This document shows positions 49,412 to 59,073 of a stretch of DNA of 64,000 nucleotides, piece after piece. Under the pieces are notes generated by a model. That model did not search any database. It saw only the letters and a list, made by a program, of their open reading frames with translations, and was not told where the DNA came from. The position numbers were made by a program, and so were the translations under genes. Within the stretch, counting starts at the first letter, position 1; every line of letters starts with the position of its first letter. The DNA is from Candidatus Saccharimonadia bacterium. Lineage in GTDB: Bacteria > Patescibacteriota > Saccharimonadia > Saccharimonadales > 2-12-FULL-41-12. Location: contig OY970327.1 in the NCBI GenBank assembly GCA_963717365.1, positions 75,599-139,598 of the forward strand. The letters are read 5' to 3'.

Positions 49412-51187
49412 TTAATCGTCTAAAAATCCTCCAGATTGATGAGCCCACAACTTGGCATAAGCACCATTTTCATCAATGAGATCAGTGTGAGAGCCTTGCT
49501 CTATAATCTGACCCTCGTCTAACACTATTATTACGTCCATCTTTTGAATTGTACTTAAGCGGTGGGCAATAACAATAGCGGTTTTGTTTTCCATTAACTT
49601 CCACAGGGCGTCCTGGATAAGTAGTTCCGACTCGGAGTCTAGGGCGCTGGTAGCTTCGTCAAGCAACAGGATTGGCGCGTCCTTAATCATGGCGCGGGCA
49701 ATCGCAATGCGCTGGCGTTGGCCGCCGGATAGCTTAACGCCGCGTTCGCCTACCAGTGTCTCGTAACCTTTCGGCAATTCTGTAATGAATTCGTGGGCGT
49801 GAGCAAGTTTAGCGGCATCAATGATTTCGTCGTGGCTTGCGCCAGGTTTTCCGTAGCTAATATTTTCTGCCAAAGAGCGGTGAAACAACAGTGGCTCCTG
49901 GGGCACATATGCAATGTGCGATCGTAGATCGTCCTGGGTAGTCTCAGCAATATTCTGGCCATCTATGGTGATGCTGCCGTCGTCAATGTCCATGAAACGC
50001 AACATGAGTTTGGTTAACGTAGTCTTGCCCGATCCAGAGCGGCCTACCATACCAATCTTTGTACCAGGCTGTATTTCAAGATTAAGGTTATTGAATAAGG
50101 CGTCATCTCCAGATTCCGGATGCGAAAACGTTACGTCATTAAAACTAACCTTACCCGATGATACTTGCAGTAACTTTGGCTCCACCAAGTTCTTAACGGT
50201 GGGTTCAGTATGTAGGGTGATGATGGCTTCCTGGGCATCACCAATGGCACGATTATAGTTCCTAAGTGTAGTTGAACTCAGCTCCCACAGACGTTGTGTT
50301 ATATCGTCAGCATATGCCAGCAACAGGAACACTAGTCCCAGATTCGCGTCGTAATTGACTACCGCGATAATTGCTACAATTAAGGCTAAGATACCTAGGC
50401 ACGTTGTAATCGAAGAAGATACGACATCTCGCTTAGTTGAAGCCCACATATGATCAACCGTTCGATGGCGGGTATATTCGGTCACCTTATCAAATCGTTT
50501 TTGTTCGAACTTGGCCGAAGCAAAGCTTTTGATTGCCATGACATTGGTAATAGAATCTGCTAAGTAACCAGTTACTTTGTTTTGGGCGCTGGCTTCCAAT
50601 GTTGCCAGTTTTCGTACTTTGCGGCTAAGCAGTAATGCAAACGTAATAAAGACAACTGAAAAAGCTAACATCAACCAGACAAAGGCGGGCGCTTTTGAAT
50701 AAAGAATTACCGAAATAAATATGAATGATACAAACAGTGTATAGACTTGAAATACAAACGTGTCTTGCAGACGAATATAGGCGCCAGCTAGCTTGCTGGT
50801 CTGGGATACTAATGAGCCACCAAAGTTATTTGAATGAAAGTCAGCACCAAGCGACATAAATTTACCAAACATAATGCGATATATGTCGCGCAACACGTAA
50901 CCTTCTAATCGCCAAATTAAGAAAATAACAATTCGCCAGGCAATAATGCCACCGCTGATAGCAATCAGGGCGTAGAGAATAATATTGCCGCCAAAACTGC
51001 CCCAGACATCATGTGCGGTAAAGTCGCCTTGGCTAAGTCGATTGATAATATGTGCTGCGATAAGCGGCGGAACTAACCGCAGCGTAATAGTGGCAACTGG
51101 CAGCATAATCAATAGCCCAATAACGTATTTGGGATATTTCCAGGCAGCTTGCCAGCAGAATTTTAATGTTTTTAGGGTAGTGTTCAT
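49412..51187 (-). CDS. ABC exporter, fused permease/ATPase (heterodimer partner 1)
   Basis: Walker A GRSGSGKTT, signature LSGGQRQR and Walker B ILLLDEATS. The ATG at 51187 (MNTTLKTLKF) is preferred over the GTG at 51211. Confidence 0.85.
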   Translation of the reverse strand: MNTTLKTLKFCWQAAWKYPKYVIGLLIMLPVATITLRLVPPLIAAHIINRLSQGDFTAHDVWGSFGGNIILYALIAISGGIIAWRIVIFLIWRLEGYVLRDIYRIMFGKFMSLGADFHSNNFGGSLVSQTSKLAGAYIRLQDTFVFQVYTLFVSFIFISVILYSKAPAFVWLMLAFSVVFITFALLLSRKVRKLATLEASAQNKVTGYLADSITNVMAIKSFASAKFEQKRFDKVTEYTRHRTVDHMWASTKRDVVSSSITTCLGILALIVAIIAVVNYDANLGLVFLLLAYADDITQRLWELSSTTLRNYNRAIGDAQEAIITLHTEPTVKNLVEPKLLQVSSGKVSFNDVTFSHPESGDDALFNNLNLEIQPGTKIGMVGRSGSGKTTLTKLMLRFMDIDDGSITIDGQNIAETTQDDLRSHIAYVPQEPLLFHRSLAENISYGKPGASHDEIIDAAKLAHAHEFITELPKGYETLVGERGVKLSGGQRQRIAIARAMIKDAPILLLDEATSALDSESELLIQDALWKLMENKTAIVIAHRLSTIQKMDVIIVLDEGQIIEQGSHTDLIDENGAYAKLWAHQSGGFLDD

Positions 51188-51473
51188 AGTTTGGCCGTCC
51201 ACTTCGGTCACGGTTATTATGTAAATTTTAATTAATTTTTAATGAGGTTAGTTTGAATATTTTTCGCGAAATTGCGAGGATCGAATATTATCGAAGAGAA
51301 ACGAAAAGAGCCAACGTGGTAATTTTGTGGATCATTTTCATAAGTTTTTTGCCAGCCCTTTCCTTTATTTGTAATTGCTAAGTCAACAGTATACCATACT
51401 TGTCAATAGCTCGCAAATATTTTGTAATTTGCTTTAAAATACGTGGCAATTTTTACATCCGCTGTCGTTTGAA

Positions 51474-51524
51474 AGTATTATATCTCGACTTCATTAAATT
51501 TTAATGAAATGCAACTATAGTACT
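51474..51524. repeat. 51-nt imperfect-palindrome intergenic element, copy A
   Basis: Its reverse complement matches 53030..53080 at 41/51 positions. The central core is TTCATTAAA(A)TTTAATGAA. Confidence 0.75.
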
Positions 51525-51582
51525 AAATTACAAATGTATTGACGCACCCTAGTCTCGTTTTATATCTGTTATAATATATACA

Positions 51583-52467
51583 ATGAACAAGGTAATTCTC
51601 TACTATAAATTCACGCCGGTGGCCGATCCGGAAATGACCATGCGTTGGCAACGTGAACTATGCACGCGCTTAGAGCTAACGGGCCGCATTATTATTAGCA
51701 AACACGGCATCAATGGCACCCTCGGCGGCAATCTTAAAAGTTTGCGACAATACAAATCCCAAATGAACAAATCAGTTATATTTAAAAACATAACCTATAA
51801 ATGGAGTGATGGCACAGGCGAGGAATTCCCACGCTTGAGCATAAAAGTAAAACCAGAATTAGTGGCGTTTGATCGGCCTGATGAAATTGAAGTTGACGAA
51901 ACTGGCGTGAAGGGCGGCGGCAAACACCTTAAACCGGAGCAGTTGCATAAACTGGTTGAAGAACGCGGTGATGACGTAGTGTTTTTTGACGGCCGCAATG
52001 CCTATGAAGCGGCTGTCGGCAAATTTAAAAACGCCGTAGTACCGGATACCCAGACAACCCGGGATTTTGTAACCGAACTAGAAAGCGGCAAATACGACCA
52101 CATTAAAGATAAACCGGTAGTTACATATTGCACCGGCGGTATACGCTGCGAAGCACTGAGCGTCCTAATGAAAAACCGCGGCTTTGAGGATGTCTATCAA
52201 ATTGACGGCGGTATTGTGAAGTACGGCGAAAAGTACGGCAACGACGGCTTATGGGAAGGCTCGCTGTACATTTTTGATGATCGCATGAATCGGAATTTCT
52301 CTGACAATCCAAAAGTAATTGGAATCTGTGTCCATTGTACAGGCAAAACTAGTAACTATGAAAACTGTGCCGATATAGCCTGCAATCGCTTAGTCCTTAT
52401 TTGTCTAGACTGCGCCGATAATAAAACACTCTGCGACCTGCCGACTCATCAAAAAGTGAGTGCCTAA
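51583..52467 (+). CDS. trhO: Rhodanese-domain tRNA uridine(34) hydroxylase-like protein (UPF0176/YceA family)
   Basis: N-terminal ILYYKFTPVADPE module, rhodanese active site YCTGGIRCE and a C-terminal Cys cluster. Confidence 0.8.
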   Translation: MNKVILYYKFTPVADPEMTMRWQRELCTRLELTGRIIISKHGINGTLGGNLKSLRQYKSQMNKSVIFKNITYKWSDGTGEEFPRLSIKVKPELVAFDRPDEIEVDETGVKGGGKHLKPEQLHKLVEERGDDVVFFDGRNAYEAAVGKFKNAVVPDTQTTRDFVTELESGKYDHIKDKPVVTYCTGGIRCEALSVLMKNRGFEDVYQIDGGIVKYGEKYGNDGLWEGSLYIFDDRMNRNFSDNPKVIGICVHCTGKTSNYENCADIACNRLVLICLDCADNKTLCDLPTHQKVSA

Positions 52468-53012
52468 TGGCTGGCGTGTATATTGCTTTGCTGAGAGGTG
52501 TCAATGTTGGCGGGAATGCCATGATCAAAATGGCCGAATTAAAAACGTGCCTGGACATCGCTGGACTTCACGATGTACAAACCTATATCCAAAGCGGAAA
52601 TATTATTTTTTCGTCCGAACAAACCGACACGATTAAGCTCGCTGCTAGTATTGAGAAAGCTATTAAGCAGCAATTCAAGCTAACTGTATCAGTTGTGGTA
52701 ATTTCTGATGATAAATACCGTGGTGTTATAAAAAATGTACCAAAAGGGTGGGGCGAAGATCCGGAATGGAAATACAACCTGATTTTTTTATTGCCGCCTT
52801 ACGATACCAAGCAGATTATGCGCGATATTGGCCAACCAAAGCCGGATATTGAAACGCTAACTCCAGGTAAAGGTGTAATTTATCAGGCAATATCAATAAA
52901 AATGTTCGGCCGTACCACAAGTGGAAAACTGGCTAGTAACCCAGTCTATAAACGGATGACAATTCGCAACCATCGGACCGGCGCCAAAATTCTAGAACTA
53001 TTGAAACACTAA
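52467..53012 (+). CDS. DUF1697-family protein
   Basis: YIALLRGVNVGGNAMIKMAELK...VQTYIQSGNIIF signature. TAATG overlap with trhO. Confidence 0.75.
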   Translation: MAGVYIALLRGVNVGGNAMIKMAELKTCLDIAGLHDVQTYIQSGNIIFSSEQTDTIKLAASIEKAIKQQFKLTVSVVVISDDKYRGVIKNVPKGWGEDPEWKYNLIFLLPPYDTKQIMRDIGQPKPDIETLTPGKGVIYQAISIKMFGRTTSGKLASNPVYKRMTIRNHRTGAKILELLKH

Positions 53013-53029
53013 CGGATGTAGCCGTTCGG

Positions 53030-53080
53030 AGTACTATATCTGCTCTTCATTAAAATTTAATGGAGTCGAAGTACAGCACT
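53030..53080. repeat. 51-nt imperfect-palindrome intergenic element, copy B (inverted relative to A)
   Basis: See copy A. The flanking (T)TCAAAC is also shared. Confidence 0.75.
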
Positions 53081-53134
53081 TCAAACAACTAGTTCAGATG
53101 ATTAACCTACTTATTAAAGGGTATAATATAAATA

Positions 53135-54592
53135 GTGAACGCACAGCTTGAGACTAAACTAAAGGAACTGCCGGCTTGTCCAGGTGTCTACTTCCATAAA
53201 GACGCTGGCGGAGAGATTATCTATGTTGGTAAAGCTGCTAACTTACGGAACCGGGTGCGTCATTATTTTCAGAAGAGCCGAGCGCGCGATCCAAAAACTG
53301 ACGCGCTGGTAAATGAAATTGCCGATACTGACTGGCTGGAGCTAGAAACCGAACTGGACGCTCTGTTTGTTGAGGCCGAAATGGTCCGACGCTACATGCC
53401 GCGTTACAACATTCTCTTGAGGGACGATAAAAGTTTTACCTATGTAAGAATAGATATAAAAAGTGATCACCCGACTGTTAGTTATACTCGGAGACCGCTT
53501 GATGATAAGGCGGAATACTTTGGACCGTACGTCAGCAAGCTAGGGATCGCGACCGCGCTGAAACATCTGCGTAAAGCGTTTCCGTATTCAACACACGTTG
53601 CGACTAATATTCCTAAACGAGCGTGCTTGCAGGCGCAGTTGGGCTTGTGTCCGGGATTGGAGTGCGGCCAGACGACCCTGGAAGACTACCGCCGTAATCT
53701 AAAAAAACTGATGATGTATATTCGCGGCAGCCGCAAAAAAATTATCAGCGATATTGAAAAATCTATGAGCCAGGCAGCAAAGGCCCATAACTTTGAAAAG
53801 GCTGCCATGTGTCGGAACCAGCTGCGAGCTTTAAAGACCCTGGAGAAACAAATCATTTTTGGTGACCGTGAGCTGCACGATATTAGTAAGGACGAAGGTC
53901 TCATGCGCTTAGCAGAAATATTGAAACTAGATCTGCCACCACGCCGGATTGAAGGGTTTGACATCAGTCATATGAGCGGAACAGATAACGCAGCCAGTAT
54001 GGTCGTATTTAAAGGCGGCGTGCCGGACAAGAGCGAATATCGCAAATTTAAGATGCGCTTGCCTGGCAACAATGACTTTGGCCATATGAACGAAGCGATT
54101 TGCCGTCGCCTAAGTGAAAAAAATATTAAACAATGGGGTATGCCGGACCTCCTGCTGATTGATGGTGGAAAGGGCCAGGTTAGCGCCGCCTATGAAGCCA
54201 TGCATGCTTGTGGCCGTACTATTCCGATGATTGGTCTTGCAAAGCGGTACGAAGAAATAATTTTACCTGAAATAGATCAAGCGGATTCGTCCAAAATTAT
54301 TAACTTTAATGTCATAGTGCTTAGTCATAGTGATGATGCTTTAAAATTGCTGATGCGTATCCGGGACGAAAGCCATCGTTTCGCGGTGAGTTACCATAGC
54401 GTATTAAAACGAGCTCGACAAAAAGTAAATGCCCTCGAAGAAATTCCCGGCATTGGACCGCAGTCGCGTAAAATGCTGCAGCGGCATTTCGGTAGCAGTA
54501 AAGGTGTATTTGAAGCTAATCAGGCGGATATTGCCACTATTGTGGGCGCCGCTAAGGCAAAAATTATTGTGAAACACAGGCCGGAAGGTTAG
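53135..54592 (+). CDS. uvrC: Excinuclease ABC subunit C (short, 485 aa)
   Basis: GIY-YIG motif (GVYFHKDAGGEIIYVGKAANLRNRV), UVR motif (FEKAAMCRNQLRAL) and C-terminal HhH (IPGIGPQSRKML). GTG start, with a TATAAT -10 element upstream. Confidence 0.9.
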   Translation: MNAQLETKLKELPACPGVYFHKDAGGEIIYVGKAANLRNRVRHYFQKSRARDPKTDALVNEIADTDWLELETELDALFVEAEMVRRYMPRYNILLRDDKSFTYVRIDIKSDHPTVSYTRRPLDDKAEYFGPYVSKLGIATALKHLRKAFPYSTHVATNIPKRACLQAQLGLCPGLECGQTTLEDYRRNLKKLMMYIRGSRKKIISDIEKSMSQAAKAHNFEKAAMCRNQLRALKTLEKQIIFGDRELHDISKDEGLMRLAEILKLDLPPRRIEGFDISHMSGTDNAASMVVFKGGVPDKSEYRKFKMRLPGNNDFGHMNEAICRRLSEKNIKQWGMPDLLLIDGGKGQVSAAYEAMHACGRTIPMIGLAKRYEEIILPEIDQADSSKIINFNVIVLSHSDDALKLLMRIRDESHRFAVSYHSVLKRARQKVNALEEIPGIGPQSRKMLQRHFGSSKGVFEANQADIATIVGAAKAKIIVKHRPEG

Positions 54593-54593
54593 A

Positions 54594-55322
54594 GTGAGTG
54601 CTGGTATGAACGAGGTATCTTTACTTAAAATTCTAGGCATCACGGTGCTTGTAACCGGAATTTTTTACGCCCTCTTATTACTGAACTTGTTTACTCAGCT
54701 AACCCGCTATAAAAATTATTGGGATAAAAATAACCAGGATCCACCGACTTCCAAAGAAATTTTGTACGTCGCGCTAGGAGATTCCACGGCGCAAGGCATT
54801 GGCGCTACCCATCCGGACAAAAGTTACCCTGGGGTGATCCGGCAGTCGCTGGCAGAGCACACGGGCAGTCCGGTTCGGCTAGTAAACTTAAGCAAGAGCG
54901 GCGCTAAAGTCCGTGATGTCATTGATAGTCAAATCCCCGCTTTAGATAAACTCACAATATATGACGGAACAGTTATTACTATTGAGATTGGAGCCAATGA
55001 CATGATAAATTTTAACGCCGACAAGTTTCGGTCAGACATGGACGAATTAATGGACAAGCTGCCGGCCAATACGCTTATCAGTGACCTGCCGTATTTTGGA
55101 ACTGGACGTTTCAAGAACAAAGAATTAAATGTTGTACAGGCCAACCAGATTATGTATGAGCTAGCCATTGTTCATAGATTCAAGTTAGTGCCGTTACATG
55201 ATAAAACCCGAGCCAATGATGGTTTCAGGACGTTTGCGGTTGATTTGTTCCATCCATCAAATAAAGGGTACCGCGAAAACTGGGCGCCAGTATTTTTGGA
55301 ACGGATATATGAAACCAGATAA
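54594..55322 (+). CDS. SGNH/GDSL-type hydrolase, N-terminally anchored
   Basis: VALGDSTAQG (block I), GANDM (block III) and DLFHP (block V). The start is ambiguous between the GTG at 54594 and the ATG at 54606. Confidence 0.7.
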   Translation: MSAGMNEVSLLKILGITVLVTGIFYALLLLNLFTQLTRYKNYWDKNNQDPPTSKEILYVALGDSTAQGIGATHPDKSYPGVIRQSLAEHTGSPVRLVNLSKSGAKVRDVIDSQIPALDKLTIYDGTVITIEIGANDMINFNADKFRSDMDELMDKLPANTLISDLPYFGTGRFKNKELNVVQANQIMYELAIVHRFKLVPLHDKTRANDGFRTFAVDLFHPSNKGYRENWAPVFLERIYETR

Positions 55323-56568
55323 ATTCTTGGAGCAGCGCGCGTTTCATCAGGGTCGAAGGGATATCTTGCGGCAGCGGATTGCCACCGATCGGGGCATGCC
55401 AAAACTGATTATTATCACTGGAAATAGTTTCATGCAAGCCAGTGCCGACCAAGCCTATCGATTTGAGCAAGATTCTAATTTCTTTTACCTGACTGGTATT
55501 ACTGAACCGGAAATTATATTGGTAATGGACGGTGACGATGAATACTTGATTATGCCAGAGCGGAGTAAAGCCCGAATTGCATTTGATGGCGCTATTGATA
55601 CAGCACGAATGACACAGGTGTCAGGAATTAAGACAATCATAGTAGCAACCGAAGGCTGGAAGCGACTTGGAGAACTACTAAAGAAACGAAAGCAAGTATC
55701 AACGATAGCACCATCCGAACCATATATTTCTTATTTTGAAATGTTTACTAACCCAAGCCGCAAATACTTAGTTGACCGTATGAAGCAAGAACTAAAATCA
55801 CTAAAAATACATGACATTCGCCCGTATTTAAATCAAATGCGTATGGTTAAAAATCCCTACGAAATTAAGATGATTCAGCGAGCAATTACGGAAACTAACA
55901 AATTGTTTACCGCCATAGAAAATATACGGAATAGTGTGAATTATGAACATGAACTAACTGCAGAAATCACAAGCATAAGAGTTAAGCGGCAATTGACTAA
56001 TGCATTTGATCCGATTATCGCGAGTGGTAAAAATACGCCGATGATTCACTATGTTAAGAATAATGCCCGACTTGATAAAAAAGGCATGTTGCTGATAGAT
56101 ATTGGTCTTAAATATAACGGTTACTGCGCAGACCTTACACGAACGATCTCATATGCTCCAAGCAAACGCCAGCAAGAAGTATTTAAAGCAGTATCAGATG
56201 TACATAGTTACGCCATAAGTCTTCTGAAACCCGGTATTCTGATTAGAGAATATGAAGAACAGGTATTTGAATTCATGGGTCTACAACTACAAAAAATTGG
56301 AGTTATAAAAAAAATCAGTAAAGAATTAGTCCGCGAATGGTATCCTCAGTTAACGTCGCATTTTTTAGGAATTGATGTTCACGATGCAGCTGACTATGCA
56401 AAACCACTAGAAGCAGGCATGGTTTTAACAGTTGAGCCGGGTATATATATCAAGAAAGAATCTATTGGCATACGGCTGGAAGACGACGTACTTATTACTA
56501 AAAATGGCTGCAAAGTTTTATCCGGTGCATTGCCTAAGAACATAAGCTCTCTTACAATACAGCCTTAG
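55309..56568 (+). CDS. pepP: Xaa-Pro aminopeptidase (M24B)
   Basis: IDIGLKYNGYCADLTRT, HFLGIDVHD, VEPGIY and IRLEDD metal-ligand contexts. The start is moved to the ATG at 55309 (MKPDKFLEQR), because the ORF-track start overlaps the previous gene by 125 nt. Confidence 0.8.
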   Translation: MKPDKFLEQRAFHQGRRDILRQRIATDRGMPKLIIITGNSFMQASADQAYRFEQDSNFFYLTGITEPEIILVMDGDDEYLIMPERSKARIAFDGAIDTARMTQVSGIKTIIVATEGWKRLGELLKKRKQVSTIAPSEPYISYFEMFTNPSRKYLVDRMKQELKSLKIHDIRPYLNQMRMVKNPYEIKMIQRAITETNKLFTAIENIRNSVNYEHELTAEITSIRVKRQLTNAFDPIIASGKNTPMIHYVKNNARLDKKGMLLIDIGLKYNGYCADLTRTISYAPSKRQQEVFKAVSDVHSYAISLLKPGILIREYEEQVFEFMGLQLQKIGVIKKISKELVREWYPQLTSHFLGIDVHDAADYAKPLEAGMVLTVEPGIYIKKESIGIRLEDDVLITKNGCKVLSGALPKNISSLTIQP

Positions 56569-56570
56569 AT

Positions 56571-56948
56571 ATGAGTAATAATCGTAAACTTTCATTAGCC
56601 ACCCGATTTGTTTTTCGCTGGTTTGTATCTTCGCTTGGGCTATGGATTGCGGCTGGCTTGCTAGGGGACAGCATTGATTATCAGAGTCGTTTGAGGGTGA
56701 TCATCATTGCGGGATTAATCCTGGCAATTGTTAATACGATCATCAAGCCGGTGGTCGTGCTGTTATCTCTGCCGGCCATCTTATTTACACTCGGGCTGTT
56801 TATGATTGTTATCAACGGACTGATGGTATTGCTAGCCAGTGCGCTCTACGACCCGCTCAAGGTAGATAATTTTGGAGCCGCAATGCTTGCGGGTATGATC
56901 ATTGGACTGGTAAACTATCTAGTATTGACTATTCTGGAGGATAAATAA
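56571..56948 (+). CDS. Four-TM membrane protein of the DUF360 / holin-superfamily-IV type
   Basis: 125 aa with four hydrophobic helices. The IIKPVVVLLSLPAILFTLGLF pattern is typical of this family. Confidence 0.6.
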   Translation: MSNNRKLSLATRFVFRWFVSSLGLWIAAGLLGDSIDYQSRLRVIIIAGLILAIVNTIIKPVVVLLSLPAILFTLGLFMIVINGLMVLLASALYDPLKVDNFGAAMLAGMIIGLVNYLVLTILEDK

Positions 56949-56953
56949 TAAGT

Positions 56954-57166
56954 ATGAGTATTTTTGGCTATATCGCGATTGTTTCAATGGTTATTATGAC
57001 TATCTTAATTTTGCTGCAAACCCGTGGCGCTGGTCTAGGTGCCGGCTTGGGCGGCGGCGGCGAAGTAAATACGGTGCGGCGCGGCTCAGATCAGACCGTT
57101 CATCAGATTACCATCGTATCAGCCATTGTTTTTTCCATGTCGCTGCTGATGATTGTCTTAGAATAA
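56954..57166 (+). CDS. secG: Preprotein translocase subunit SecG
   Basis: 70 aa with two TM helices separated by the Gly-rich loop QTRGAGLGAGLGGGGE. Confidence 0.65.
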   Translation: MSIFGYIAIVSMVIMTILILLQTRGAGLGAGLGGGGEVNTVRRGSDQTVHQITIVSAIVFSMSLLMIVLE

Positions 57167-57186
57167 ATCTGTAAACGGACACATTA

Positions 57187-58974
57187 ATGGGTTCATTGTT
57201 CAATCGTACAACTAAACTTCGTCTGCGCCGTATTTTTCGTCGTCGGCGTAAGCAAGTTGCTGCAATTGGTAATACCGGTGAGCAATCGCTTGAGAGACAC
57301 CTCATTAAGCGGCTAATCCGTCTTCCTAATATTCAGCGCTTCTTGGCTGGCTGGATTGGTTTGTTACTAGTTTTGAGTATTGGCGTGGTGATGCAAACCA
57401 GAGCGCTTGACAGTAAGTATCAGACGCTGCAGCCACGAGCAGGTGGAACATACACAGAAGGAATCATTGGTTCTTTCACTAATGCCAGCCCGCTGTATGC
57501 TTCGAGCGCGGTGGACAACGCAGTATCTCGGTTAGTGTTTTCGAGCTTACTCAAGCATGACAAAGATAATAAATTGGTAGGTGAGTTAGCAGAGAGCTGG
57601 TCGGTTGATGAAAAGGAATTAGTTTATACAGTGAAGTTGAAGCCAAATTTACAGTGGCACGACGGTAAATCACTTACCTCAAAAGATATTGTATATACGT
57701 ATCAACTGATTCAGAATCCAGAAGCAAAATCATACCTATTTTCCAGTTGGCAAGGAATTAGAGTAGAAGCCCCAGACGCTAATACCGTTGTATTTACGCT
57801 GCCAAACAGTCTCAGTTCATTTCCCTACTCTATGACCAACGGAATTGTACCGCAGCACATTTTGTCATCAGTTGATCCGGCACAGCTACGCTCCAATGGC
57901 TTTAATAATACCGAGCCAATCGGTAGCGGACCATTTAAATTTTCCAAGGTAGAGGTAGTTGGTACTACGCCGGAAGCTAGACAAGAGCGAATAGCATTTA
58001 ACGCCTTTGATAATTACTACAATGGCCGTCCAAAGATCGACACCTTTATAATCAGAACCTTCACAAAAGAAACGGCTTTGACTGCGGCTTATACTGAAAA
58101 AGAAGTTAATGCCATGGTTGGCCTGTCCTCGCTACCGGATCAGTTTGCAGATGATAATAACGTACAGGAATATGGTATCCCACTGACTGGAGAAGTGTTG
58201 GTGTTTTTCAAGACTACCCAGGACGTTCTCAAAGATCCGGCTGTTCGCAAAGCCTTAGTTATGTCATCAAATAAAAAGACAATGTTTGAGCAGCTACCAT
58301 ATCCACTAGTTGCTATCGACGGACCGTTACTAAGGTCTCATATTGGCTACGACAAAGCCTATGCTCAGGTGACCGGTCAACCCGATGAGGCAAAAAAAGT
58401 ACTTGATGCCGCTGGTTGGGTAATAGACCCGGCAACCGGTTTCAGGGTAAAAAATGGCATTAAACTCACTTTCCGATTGTTTTCCCAGATGTCCAGTGAA
58501 TACTCAAGTGTGGCTGGCAGCCTTCAAAAGCAGTGGCGAGAAATTGGTATTGATATGCAAGTAGAATTACAGAATGATCAAGATTTGCAAAGTACATTAG
58601 CGCTACATAATTATGACGCCCTGCTATACGGTATTTCGGTTGGCTCTGACCCAGATGTATTTCCGTACTGGCATGGTTCTCAGGCTGATGCCCGTTCATC
58701 TACACGATTAAATTTTAGCGAATACGTCTCAACAGTTGCCAACCAGGGACTTGAAGCTGGCCGTACCAGGTCTGACGCCCAGCTGCGTACCGTTAAGTAC
58801 AAGTCCTTCCTTGAAGCTTGGCGCAATGATGCCCCGGCCTTGGCGCTGTATCAACCTCGCTTTCTGTATGTGGCATACGCTCCGTTGTACGGCTTTGACA
58901 GTACCAGTGCCAACTCAGCCGCCGACCGCTTTACGCAAGTTGAAAACTGGATGATACGTGAGCACCTGCAGTAA
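57187..58974 (+). CDS. ABC-transporter substrate-binding protein, family 5 (peptide/nickel type), TM-anchored
   Basis: Basic N-terminus plus a TM. Size and motifs (SWSVDEKELVYTVKLKPNLQWHDGKSLTSKDIVYTY) are typical of SBP_bac_5. No cognate permease or ATPase is adjacent. Confidence 0.75.
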   Translation: MGSLFNRTTKLRLRRIFRRRRKQVAAIGNTGEQSLERHLIKRLIRLPNIQRFLAGWIGLLLVLSIGVVMQTRALDSKYQTLQPRAGGTYTEGIIGSFTNASPLYASSAVDNAVSRLVFSSLLKHDKDNKLVGELAESWSVDEKELVYTVKLKPNLQWHDGKSLTSKDIVYTYQLIQNPEAKSYLFSSWQGIRVEAPDANTVVFTLPNSLSSFPYSMTNGIVPQHILSSVDPAQLRSNGFNNTEPIGSGPFKFSKVEVVGTTPEARQERIAFNAFDNYYNGRPKIDTFIIRTFTKETALTAAYTEKEVNAMVGLSSLPDQFADDNNVQEYGIPLTGEVLVFFKTTQDVLKDPAVRKALVMSSNKKTMFEQLPYPLVAIDGPLLRSHIGYDKAYAQVTGQPDEAKKVLDAAGWVIDPATGFRVKNGIKLTFRLFSQMSSEYSSVAGSLQKQWREIGIDMQVELQNDQDLQSTLALHNYDALLYGISVGSDPDVFPYWHGSQADARSSTRLNFSEYVSTVANQGLEAGRTRSDAQLRTVKYKSFLEAWRNDAPALALYQPRFLYVAYAPLYGFDSTSANSAADRFTQVENWMIREHLQ

Positions 58975-59073
58975 ACGTCGGCATTAATCGATGTTTTGTC
59001 TTTAAATACGAGTGAAGCCGTTTATGCTACTATAAATGAATCAATAACGCGCAAACGAGCACGAGTTTAGTAT

